A stretch of 63,478 bases of DNA, the filler included, from Folioceros fuciformis (Eukaryota), in NCBI GenBank assembly GCA_049999805.1. It is 10 parts of 10 records of this genome, joined end to end, with 100 filler letters (N's around TTAATTAATTAA, not from the genome) between each part and the next. Parts side by side here need not be neighbours in the genome. Positions count along the whole stretch, not along the records: positions 49,508 to 56,271 come from JBNGIO010001945.1; positions 56,372 to 59,317 come from JBNGIO010001947.1; positions 59,418 to 63,478 come from JBNGIO010001948.1; 7 more parts are not named here. One strand, 5' to 3'. Below the pieces are notes generated by a model. It saw only the letters and a program-made list of their open reading frames with translations. It did not search any database and was not told the origin of the DNA. The number at the start of each line of letters is the position of its first letter. Within the stretch, counting starts at the first letter, position 1. A program made the position numbers and the translations under genes. Shown here in pieces: positions 49,848 to 60,282 of the stretch.

Positions 49848-52386
49848 TGTAGGATTATTAAAGCCCAATGTGATTAGACTAATGTGTTTAGTCTAAGATT
49901 AATGTCTAGTTAAGTATCATTAGTTTAGATTAGCTTAGGCTAATCTATAGGAAGCTTAGGCTAATCTATAGGAAGCTTCTTGTGCAGCTTCCTGTGCGCT
50001 TCTTGTGAAGCTTCCTAGGGAGCTCTTCTAGAGGGTATAAATACCCCCTTGAGCTCCCTTGCTATTGAGACTCTATTATGAGAGTGTGACCTCTCTTTCT
50101 CCTTCTCTTTGCCTCTCCTCCTCTCCTCCTTCACCATGTAGTTTCTTCTAGCGATCCTACAAGTGGTATCAGAGCCTAGGTTGTGAAGCAAGGGTGATGG
50201 CTCTCGTTGCTGCGGACAAGGTGCACAAGGCGGCTTCTGCTGGGTAGGGTCTCCAACCCCCTTGTAGTGCGGAGCGGGAGTAGGAGTCAGAGACCCGGCC
50301 GCCGAGCGCAAGTGGGGCGCAGTGCGCCCAGGTGCTTGCCATCCCGCGGAGGGCGTTGCGAGACCGCAGGGGTGCGGGCACCCATGTAGTAAGTCTCGTG
50401 GTTGTGACAATGTTGAGTGTTACCATTGTCACAAGAAGGGTCACATCAGAAGGGACTGCGAGAAGTTCAAGAAGGACAAAGGCAAGGAGAAGAAGCAGAG
50501 TGACAACAAGGCAAGTCCGAATGTCAAGCGTGACGAGGTGAACTCTGTTGATGATGGAGATGTTCTTACCTCTTCTTCCTTTGATTCTGCACAACTGACA
50601 GCCGTGGAGAGTCACTTATTCTCTATTTGGATAATTGACTCTGGAGCATCTTTCCATGTTACTCCGCATAGGGAGTGGTTTAGCACTTATGATGCCATTA
50701 GGAAAGGATGTGTTCGGCTTGGAAATAACTACGCATGCAAGATTGCAGGCGTTGGTGATGTGCAGCTGAAGTTCGACAATGGATCTTCATTCGTACTGAA
50801 GGATGTTAGGCATGTTCCGAAGTTGACCAAAAGCATGATTAGCGCAGGGCAGTTGGATGACGCTAGCTACCATTGTTGGTTTGGAGATCATTCTTGGAAG
50901 ATCTCCAAAGGTTCTCTTGTATTAGCTCGTGGATCGAAGTGTGGCACTTTGTACTCACTTCAGGTAACCATTGTCAAGGATCATGTGATTTGTGTAACGG
51001 AACAGCCAAGTGTTTCCTTGTGGCATAGACGATTAGGACATATGTCTCAAAAAGGAATGAAGATACTATCTCGTTTTGGTTATGTCCCTGCTTTTGACTT
51101 CTCCGATTTCTCCGTGTGTGAGCACTGTTTGTATGGGAAACAGATGAAGTCACCACATGGAGCAAAAGGTAAACACAAAAGTAAACCTCTTGAGTTGGAC
51201 GTTTGTGGACCTATGCCCATTGTATCGTTAGGTGGTGCATCCTATTTCGTCACTTTCATAGATGATTTCTCACGCAAGGTGTGGGTTTATCCTTTGAGGA
51301 AAAAGGATGATGTTCTGACAGTGTTTCAGAAGTTCGTCACCCTTGTGGAGAATCAGTCTGGCCTACGACTAAAGTGTATAAGGACAGACAATGGAGGAGC
51401 GTATGTTTCGAAGGCTTTCCAGTCATTCTGTGATTCTAAGGGAATCAAGAGAGAATTGATTGCGTCGTATACTCCTCCCCAGAACGGTGTAGCTGAATGG
51501 ATGAACAGGACCATCCAGGAGAGGATGCGTAGTTTGCTGTCAAACTCTGGATTGCCTAGCGGATTTTGGGCGGAAGCAGTGGTTACTGCGGTGCATCTTA
51601 TTAACAAATCTCCTAATAGGGCTGTGGATGAACAGGTTCTAGAGGAGACGTTGTTTGGAAAGAAGCCGTCTTACAAGCATCTATGAGTGTTTGGCTGCCA
51701 GGGATACTACCATGTTCCAAAGGAGTTTCGGGACAAGTTGGCACCCAAGTCCAAGAAATGTATTTTTCTTGGCTATGGTGAATCTGGTGAGATGGGATAC
51801 TGTCTGTGGGATCCAAAGGCCAAGAGGATGGTTCGTAGCAATGACGCGTTCTTCAATGAGACCAAGATGCACAAGAAGCCTACTCCAACTATGGAGGTGC
51901 GACGAGTGGTTTTTCAAGAAGATGGATTTGACCGTCCTGCACAAGTTGAACGTCGTGATGTGCAGGATCAAGTTCCTCCCCTTGTAGAAGAGGAGAGAGT
52001 GCAACCAGCTCCGGTTGAGGCGCCAATGCTTCGTAGGTCAGGAAGGATCTCATGTCCTCCTGAGAGGTATGTTGCATCTCTTGATTATATCATGCTGATG
52101 GATTGTGGGGAACCCTCTTGTTACCAAGAGACCATGTCAATGACTGACAAGGACAAGTGGGAGAAGGCAATGCAGTCGCAGATGGATTCGCTCCATAAGA
52201 ACCAAACTTGGGAGTTGGTTTGGTTGCCTAGGGGCAAGAAAGCATTGCCATGCAAATGGGTGTATAAGATGAAGGACATACCCCATTATCGCAAACCCAA
52301 GTACAAGGCGCGATTGGTTGCTAAGGGTTTTAAGCAACAGCAAGGTATTGACTTTGATGAGATTTTCTCACTAATTGTCAAAATTA
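49848..52386 (+). mobile_element. Copia family B: 5' LTR 49848-50161, PBS 50164-50175, most of gag deleted, zinc knuckle-PR-IN-start of RT, truncated
   Basis: TGGTATCAGAGC; the UTR is joined to ...SKSRGCDNVECYHC; ORFs 50322-51686 and 51687-52397. Confidence 0.93.
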
Positions 52387-54492
52387 CCCTGCGCTAATCA
52401 TGCTTTTGGTCAACTTCGGAACATGCCTAACATCCTTCGGTATGAATGAAGATCCATTGTCGAACTTCAGCTGCACATCACCAACGCCTGCAATCTTGCA
52501 TGCGTAGTTATTTCCAAGCCGAACACATCCTTTCCTAGTAGCATCATAAGTGCTAAACCACTCCCTATGCGAAGTAACATGGAAAGATGCTCCAGAGTCA
52601 ATTATCCAATTAGTGAATAAGTGACTCTCCACGGCTGTCAACTGTGTAGAATCGAAGGAAGAAGAGGTAAGAACATCTCCATCATCAACAGAGTTCACCT
52701 CGTCACGCTTGACACTTGGACTTTCCTTGTTGTCGCTCTACTTCTTCTCCTTTCCTTTGTCCTTCTTGAACTTCTCGTAGTCCTTCCTAATGTGACCCTT
52801 CTTGTGACAATGGTAACACTCAACATTGTTACGACTACGAGATTTGCTACGGGAAGAACTTCGCTCCTTGTACTTCCCCTTTGAAGTGGACCTTTGTCTA
52901 ACCATGAGGGCATTAGAACCTTTCGAAGGTTCCATATTCTTCTTGTTCACCTCCTCTGTTAACAGGCTACCTTCTACATTTACAATGGTTCGACCACTAG
53001 CAGGAGCGGAATTACTCAGAGTTGTATGAAAGGTGTCCCAGCTCTCTGGTAATGTGACCAACAGAAACATAGCTCTCACGGAATCTGGGAACGAGATACC
53101 TTGAGATGAGAGCTGGCTGAAAATGGTATTGAATTCATTCAGATGATCGGACATCCTTGTCCCTTCCTTCATCTTCAAGTCCACCAGTTGTTTCAACCAA
53201 TACACATGAGAAGTCGCACTTTGCTTCTTGTACAGGTCACACAACTTCTGCCATAGCTCGTAGCTTGTGGTCTTGTCTTTCATGTTGAAGTAGACCGACT
53301 TCGACAATATTAGCATGATGGTAGACCTAGCAAGCTCATCTAGGTCTTGCCACTCATCCTGAGTCATGCTAACGGGTTTCACTCCTAGCAGCTTGATGGG
53401 CTTAATCTGTTTCTTCTGTACTAAAACATTATACACTTGTTCTTTCCAGAACGGGAAGTTAGTACCATCTAACTTCTCGATATTGAACATGACGTTTTCT
53501 GAGGACGCCATGTTTCAAAATCGATGCAAATCAAGCAAAAGGCTAGTTAGAAAACAGTCAGAATGTAATGTAGATTCTAAAAGATACCCTCACAACTTGT
53601 TCCGAATCAAATGTCCACAACTTGGGCCTTGGTCGCTCACAACTAGAATGTCTCCTGTCATCCGATTGAGATCCTGACTTCCGCGATCGGAGTCAGTTTG
53701 GCGCCCACACCCTTGCTCTTGTCGTCTGCGCTCTCGGCCATTGCGAGCGTCGGTCGGGTCCTCGCCCCACTAGCGCGCTTGGCTCGCACCTCGCTGGTGC
53801 CCCGATGGCACCTGGGTGACATCCCGCTGGAGTCCAAGTGGTGCCTCGCCAGCGCCGAGTGGCGCCCCGCTAGAGCCGAGGTCGCCTCTCTGACGCCCGG
53901 GTGGCGTCCCGCTGGCGCCCAAGTGGGGCCTCGCCAGCGCCCGGGTTGCGCCCCGGTAGCACGCCCTATCCGGCGGCGGCGCACCCTAGCCCTAGCTGGT
54001 GGTGACTCCCTAGCCCTAGCCGACGGCGGCGCCCTTGCCCTAGCCGGTGGCCGGCGCCCTTGCGGTCGCCGCTTGGAGCCCTAACCGAGCGGCCTGGCGC
54101 CCCGGCCCGTGCTCCTCCTAGATCCTCATGGACTTGTGCCTCTGTTTGTAGCACCTACAACAGACACAACCATCTTGCTCCACTCCAAGCTCTGATACCA
54201 CTTGAAGGATCGCTAAAAGAGCATGGTGAAGGAGAGGAGAGGAGGAGGCAAGGAGGAGAGGAGAAAGAGAGGTCACACTCTCACACAGAGTCTCAATAGC
54301 AAGGAAGCTCAAGGGGGTATTTATACCCTCTAGAAGAGCTCCCTAGGAAGCTTCACAAGAAGCGCACAGGAAGTTGCGCAAGAAGCTTCCTACATATTAG
54401 CTTAAGCTAATCTAAACTAATGGTACTTAATTAGACACTAATCTTAGACTAAACACATTAGTCTAAGCACATGGGGCCTTAATAACCCTACA
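52387..54492 (-). mobile_element. Copia family B: 5' LTR 54203-54492, PBS 54189-54200, GC-rich UTR, gag 52738-53511, protease, truncated
   Basis: MASSENVMFNIEKLDGTNFPFWK, CYHCHKKGH, WIIDSGASFH; PBS TGGTATCAGAGC. Confidence 0.93.
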
Positions 54493-55770
54493 AGCTCGAG
54501 GAGTAGGGTCCTTGCCTCTTCTTCCTCCCGTGAGGAGAAAATGGGTGTTAAACTCCAAAAGGTCTGATCCCATGCTGCTCGTCGTAGTCTAGTTGCACGG
54601 CTAAGTGGACCGGCTCCATACGATCTGCCCCTTCCCAACTCCTGGCCGCTACTCCTGCTCTGGGTACTAAGACCATGAAGTCCTCCGGCTCTTGGCTGGT
54701 GGGTGGTAGGGCACTTCGTAACAAGATTCGCCGGCCTACCATGGACATTGCCCGAATGTTCTGCCGTTTGGGTGGAGGCGCTTGGGCTAATGCTGCTTCC
54801 GCCTTCCGCTTTCGAGGATGACTAGTCGGGGAAGGGGGAGCGGAGGCCATTGAAGGTGATGCTAGAGCGGCTCCACGACTGTCTTTGGAGGGGTCCAAAA
54901 CCGACATAGGCACCAAGGAGGTGGTGATGGTCTTGGATTGGGTTGTCGGCGCCGAGGTCTTCTTTCTGGGGGCTAGCAAAGGAGGAGCAATAGAAGGGGT
55001 TGGGGCGGGAGGTAGCTGGGCCAAAGATGCCTTTTTCTGAATCTGTTAGGCCCTTGTAGTGGTCCCATATATGGAAAAGGAAAGGTGAAAGGCCCAAATC
55101 AGGTGGCTTCTCTTGCATGAGCTTTCTAACATCAGATTGAATCCCTTGTGCCACCACTTTCCCCCAGTCAATTGGGGTGCCCTGAGCTAGCCCATAAAGG
55201 AGTAAAAGTACTTTGTCCGCTATATGGTCCATCTTCATCACCAACAACCAGTTGACAATTAGATGGGCTACTCCCTTGATCTGAGGTCCCTGAAGTCATG
55301 GATCAACCACATGTTGGTGGTTTTGGTGGAGTTTGCTTCCAAGAGTGCTACCGTTGCTTCCTTCACTAGATCCTTGTTCCATTGCGAATTAAGGTAGAGT
55401 TCACCACACTCCTCCGCTGGTTGTCAATACACTTTGCGCATCATATGGGTAGTCCATAGAGTGGGATTGTCCCAAACTTTGGAGGAAGCAAGCTTGCCGC
55501 AATCACATTGTAGCATGCTCCAGGCAAATTTTCCGTATAGTGGCAGGGGAGTTGATGCCCATGGGATCTGGAAGATGCCCAATTCCGATTGCTCCATGAG
55601 GTCCCCTACCACTGCTATCCAAGGCGCAAAGTTTGAATAGGAGCGTGTTTGGATTTGCTCTGCATTCAGTCTCCAGGTGCTGTCGATTTCGAGAAATTGC
55701 CATGGAGACAAGGCGGAGAGGTCTTGCAAACTAGAAAACGTGTTATAAGAGCAGAGGGGGCACCGCACCC
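54493..55770 (-). pseudogene. Degenerate accessory ORF resembling those of bryophyte Gypsy-type elements
   Basis: DNPTLWTTHMMRKVY...GTPIDWGKVV...LSPFLFHIW then a Pro/Ser-rich tail with PRKRK; assignment from recall. Confidence 0.45.
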
Positions 55771-56271
55771 AGTTCCAAGAGAGTGTGGAAGCAAAACCCG
55801 AAGCGGAAAGAAAGTAGGTGAGGTGCGGGCAAGTGGACTAGAGCGGGAGAAGAACAGAGCAAAACAAGAAGGTCGGAATTACACCCAGGTGAGGTGTCGG
55901 GCGGAAGAGAGGAGGGAGTGGAGCGTATCAACTAGGGTATGCCGGTGGAAAACGTTATGCCCGGCATCGCTAATACGCCTGCAACCATCCGGGATGATTA
56001 CGCTCCACTTTCTACATGCCAAAGTACTTGATCTTGAATGGATTGTCCTTACTTTTAGTCCGTTTGTCCAGCCAGCAATGCGGAGTCCGGCATGTCTTCT
56101 ACTTTGATGAACTTGGGTTTGCCAAAAATGCCCATTTATTAGAAACCGAGTCTTCCCTCTTAACTTTGTAGACAAGTCCGGTGGGCCATCGGAGTAATCC
56201 TCCAATGGTTATTTTTGGGGTTGACTGTGAACCTCCAAAGTTTGGGGTAGTAGTTTGTTTTGGTTGAAAAA

Positions 56272-56371
56272 NNNNNNNNNNNNNNNNNNNNNNNNNNNNN
56301 NNNNNNNNNNNNNNNTTAATTAATTAANNNNNNNNNNNNNNNNNNNNNNNNNNNNNNNNNNNNNNNNNNNN
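56272..56371. other. Artificial contig spacer
   Basis: N44-TTAATTAATTAA-N44. Confidence 0.98.
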
Positions 56372-56591
56372 ACCGCTGGACAGCGAGGCCTGTTCTACGC
56401 CTGATCGGAGCTGGAGGGGAGCCCTCGAATCCATCATCGAGTCGATCAAGTCCAACCCTCCATCCACAGCAGCAAGGAACCCCATCGCTCCTTCGTGGGA
56501 ACGAAACCCAATGTCTCAACGACCGTGGGATAAGTGTGGCCACTAAAGGTGGAACCCGTTGGCAATCAGTGCTCGGGGTTTTGCCTCCACA
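56372..56591 (+). repeat. Left arm of an inverted repeat (partner 58828-59048); probably an LTR 3' end
   Basis: Near-identical reverse complement over about 220 bp, ending ...TTTTGCCTCCACA. Confidence 0.85.
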
Positions 56592-57860
56592 GGATCCGGC
56601 GTACTACCCATGGAAGAGTCTTCTAACGCAGCATTTGGACTGCACTCAAGCGGTACCTAGGGGAAGGAGGTTGATCGACAACATCCTTGCCGACAAACCA
56701 TTACTTGATACCGCAGATTGCTCCCCACTCTTTAAGTCCATATGGTGCAGTTACTTAGAGGTAAAACAATGCATCATTCCTAGTAACATTTCGCATGTTG
56801 ATGATGTGCTTGGTATTCCTTTGCAAGGATTTGAGAGGTTGTGGGCTCATGAGTTCAGGTCAAGGGTATATCGGTCAAATTTTCGGGTTGGCATGTCGAA
56901 AAAGAGTTTTCCTGCTTGGTCACTTATGGAATATATCAGAGTCCTGGTGGAAGGAGGTGGAGGAGGTCAAGAGGAAGTTTGGGTTGGTAACTCGACACGT
57001 CAGATTCATATTTCATCGTTGCGAGAGGGGTTAGAGGATCAGGTGCAACAGGTTTTAAGGCATCATCCTAGCACGTGCGTTGAGGGGTGGTATGCGTACT
57101 CCATGGACAGTAACGGAGTTGACTCTGACGAGGACGAACAGGAGGATTCCCTAGAACTAGACAGGGCTGTTTGGCTTTCAAGTACGGCGGACAAGGAACA
57201 GTTACGGACATTCAAGGTCATGTCGCCTAAAGCACTTTTGGAAGATCAGGGTCGCGATGATGGTGAAGTCCGAAGAGGGGAGTTGCGGGCCATCACAGTT
57301 CTCTCTAAATCCGTTCAAGCAGGACGATGGTGCACTCACGATGAACGCTCTAGTGGGCCTCTACCCTCGGACAAGTCTAGGGTTTGGTGCTGGTTTTGAT
57401 TGGCGGAAAATTGGGAACTGACCTTAAGACCAGACTTCTGTAAATGGCCTAGGCATCTAGGGTACAAGGAGGCCAGCGTTCGATCTTTCTTCAATTTCCC
57501 AACGGCAAACATATTCCTCTGGATGGTGTGAGCGCAGAAAATCAAGCAACGACAGCCAATGGCTCCAAGGTTGCAGCTATCGATGCGGCGACAAAAGGAA
57601 GCTATCAAGCTTCTATGGAAGTCTGTAGGTATCCCTCCCAAGGTGAGGACTACGGTTTGGTGTTTTTTGGGATGGGATGTTAGTTGCAACAAGAGAGGAG
57701 TTATGTCGACTATGCACCTCGGGTGGCCCGAACAAAAGCTGGCACGCTGTTTCAAGTGAGTGTGAAAACCATAGAGACTGCATCTTAACGGGAGATTAGG
57801 ATAATCAAGAAGCTGTGTGAAGCACTTAGTAGAATTCTCACGACCTTTGACAATCGCCTT
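56592..57860 (+). mobile_element. Degenerate LINE (L1-like) ORF2 C-terminal region
   Basis: SPLFKSIW...; LLWKSVGIPPKVRTTVW resembles the zf-RVT region. Confidence 0.5.
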
Positions 57861-58827
57861 TGAAGGCAAAGCCGTTAACGACAACCGCTCTTCTACTTTT
57901 CCGAAGAACTTCTCTTTGGTCAGAATGTTCCCAAGAGGACCGAGTTGTATGTTCTCCACACCGCTAGCCAAAGGCGGTTCCTGTCCTTGCCGGCAATGGC
58001 TCTTCCCAAGGTATGCTGAGGAGGCATAGACGGGTGCTCGTACGGATGGAGGGACGTTCCCCATTGTAGACCTCTAGGCTGACTCTGCCTGTACCCTGGT
58101 AATTGTCCGTCCTGCCGGCACCGCTGCCATACGTGTCCTCACTGACCACATTCGCCCATGTGCTAGCTGCCGAGCCCCATGGGGAGCTTAGGGACACCAT
58201 ATTCATAGCCTACGCCTCTATACCATTGCCATCGCCTCTAGCACTCGTTCTCCTCCACTTGAATGCAAGCCGCTTTCGTCAGATGAGGACAAGTATAGCT
58301 GAGGCATCTCCACTGCGCATGCACTCCCTCGTAAGAAGTGGTACCATCAACAAATGTCAACCGGCAATGAAGTAATCAAACTAATGGTCAGTGATGTAAG
58401 CAGGACAAGCATCTCGTCTCGTGTTTTGCAGCCCAATAGGACGTCCCTAGCTGAACTGTGCATGGCCTAATAGTCAAAGCTCTTTTGCTCTCACCATTGT
58501 AGCTATAGCATAGCTTTGAAAAGCTTAGAGTGGACCTTTCGGTTCAATTATAAATTTGCCTAGACGTGCACTAGGGAAGTGGCCACCTCCAGACAACCCA
58601 TGGGTGGAGTGGCTGCCCAACTAAGAGGCCCTCCAACTTGCACATGCCATATTTGCTAGACTGATCTATGTAAGAAAAGCTTCAAACCAGCAACGGAAGT
58701 GACGTGGTCAGACAGAGTGAACGTTAGGCCTCTCTCCTCTTGCATTTCTACATTTGCACATTCACGGCGTTATATTCCATGTCATCCCAGTGGTGTGTTC
58801 ATCTTGCCAAAAATCTGGCGTGCAGAT

Positions 58828-59317
58828 TGTGGAGGCAAAACCCCGGGCACTGATTGCCGACGGGTTCCACCTTTAGTGGCCACACTTATCCCACTGTCGT
58901 TGAGACATTGGGTTTCGTTCCCACGAAGGAGCGATGGGGTTCCTTGCTGCTGTGGATGGAGGGTCGGACTTGATCAACTCGATGATGGATTCGAGGGCTC
59001 CCCTCCAGCTCCGATCAGGCGTAGGACAGGCCTCGCTGTCCGGGCGGTCAGCTGCACCTCTCTCGGTGCCCACAAACTCACTCCAGTCACTACAACGACT
59101 TTAACCTCTCAGATCTGCGACTTCCTTCACTCACTTCACTCACTCTCTCGCTCCAGCACCAACACCAACAACTACCAGCAACTAGCAACGACACCACTAC
59201 CTTCTACATTTTCCTTTCGGACTCCTCCTACCCGGCAAGAGTCACTAGACTAACCCCAAACAAAAGGAAGAAGGGAACACACTCCCCTCTTGGGTATCTC
59301 CTCCCCACAACCTTACC
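58828..59317 (-). repeat. Right arm of the inverted repeat; probable LTR running off the contig end
   Basis: Matches 56372-56591; ends in CA and is followed by ATCTGCACGCCAG (possible PBS). Confidence 0.7.
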
Positions 59318-59417
59318 NNNNNNNNNNNNNNNNNNNNNNNNNNNNNNNNNNNNNNNNNNNNTTAATTAATTAANNNNNNNNNNNNNNNNNNNNNNNNNNN
59401 NNNNNNNNNNNNNNNNN
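59318..59417. other. Artificial contig spacer
   Basis: N44-TTAATTAATTAA-N44. Confidence 0.98.
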
Positions 59418-60282
59418 TAAACAAGGAGATGTAGTAAAACCCAAGATATTAGTTGTAATTACACACGTAGACAAGTTCAAAACAAGGATGAAAGAGATTG
59501 AAATTCTTTTAAAAGAAAAGATAACTAGTCTAGTAGATCTAATTCCAAAAATGAAAATCATCAAGGCTGCGTCTTTGAAATATATGAATGAACTAACAAA
59601 TGAGATAATGTTCCAATTGAAGACTTTATGCTCAGAATCTAAAGGAGTTCCCAATGTATGTGAAAAGTTAACTAGTGTCTTGATTGAGTGGGTATTTAGA
59701 AATCCTTCTAAACCTTTCATGAGTGAACAAGATTTTAACCACTTGTGTATAGAAAACCTCAACGATTTGAACAAATTCAAAGTGAATGAGTAAGAGCAGA
59801 TAACGATTAACATTACTGCTTACCTCCATGATATCGGAAGAGTCCTTCATTTCAAAAACAATAACCTAGTAGCAGTTAATCCCCATTGGATTGCTTACGA
59901 CTTTCTAGGTTATTTCATGCAGTTAATCCCCATTGGATTACTTACGACTTTCTAGGTTATTTCATGCAATTACATATTACTTACGACTTTCTAGGTTATT
60001 TCATGCAATTACATATTACTTACGACTTTCTAGGTTATTTCATGCAATTACGTAGACCTGACTTACCCTTGACTAACCAAGTATATATACCACGCTTGCC
60101 TACTACTGACCAAGTATTTGTGAAACGAGAAACACTCGATAATATCCTCACTACCTTTACAAAGAATCATACTAGACTTGAGCCCAAAGACTTGGTGAAT
60201 ATTATGATAGAGTTGGAGTTATGCTACAAAGCACCCATGGAGATGCCAAGGATTTCCATTCCATTGACAATCAAGTAACAAG
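59418..60282 (+). pseudogene. TORNADO1-like Roc-COR (ROCO) gene fragment, disrupted
   Basis: KPKILVVITHVDK (Roc G4-like), YLHDIGRVLHF, LVAVNPHWIAYDFLG, LVNIMIELELCY; stop at 59791, frameshift, cut by an LTR. Confidence 0.75.
59872..60051. repeat. Compound tandem repeat (one 47-bp duplication, then 39-bp units)
   Basis: CTTACGACTTTCTAGGTTATTTCATGCA occurs four times; translates as HITYDFLGYFMQL repeats. Confidence 0.92.

Noticed and set aside
50322-51686. 454-aa ORF with a novel N-terminus
   Set aside because: The N-terminus is Copia 5' UTR joined to the zinc knuckle by a deletion; non-ATG start
53658-54120. GC-rich ORFs in the family B leader
   Set aside because: Low-complexity UTR with CCCTAG repeats; not conserved as protein in the other copies
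3253-59417. Recurrent TTAATTAATTAA motif in N runs, and ORFs containing X or ending in LIN
   Set aside because: Artificial contig spacers; not biological, and gene neighbourhoods across them are meaningless
59872-60051. CRISPR-like look of four 28-bp repeats
   Set aside because: Intervening sequences are short, repeated and derived from the same gene; eukaryotic context, no cas genes
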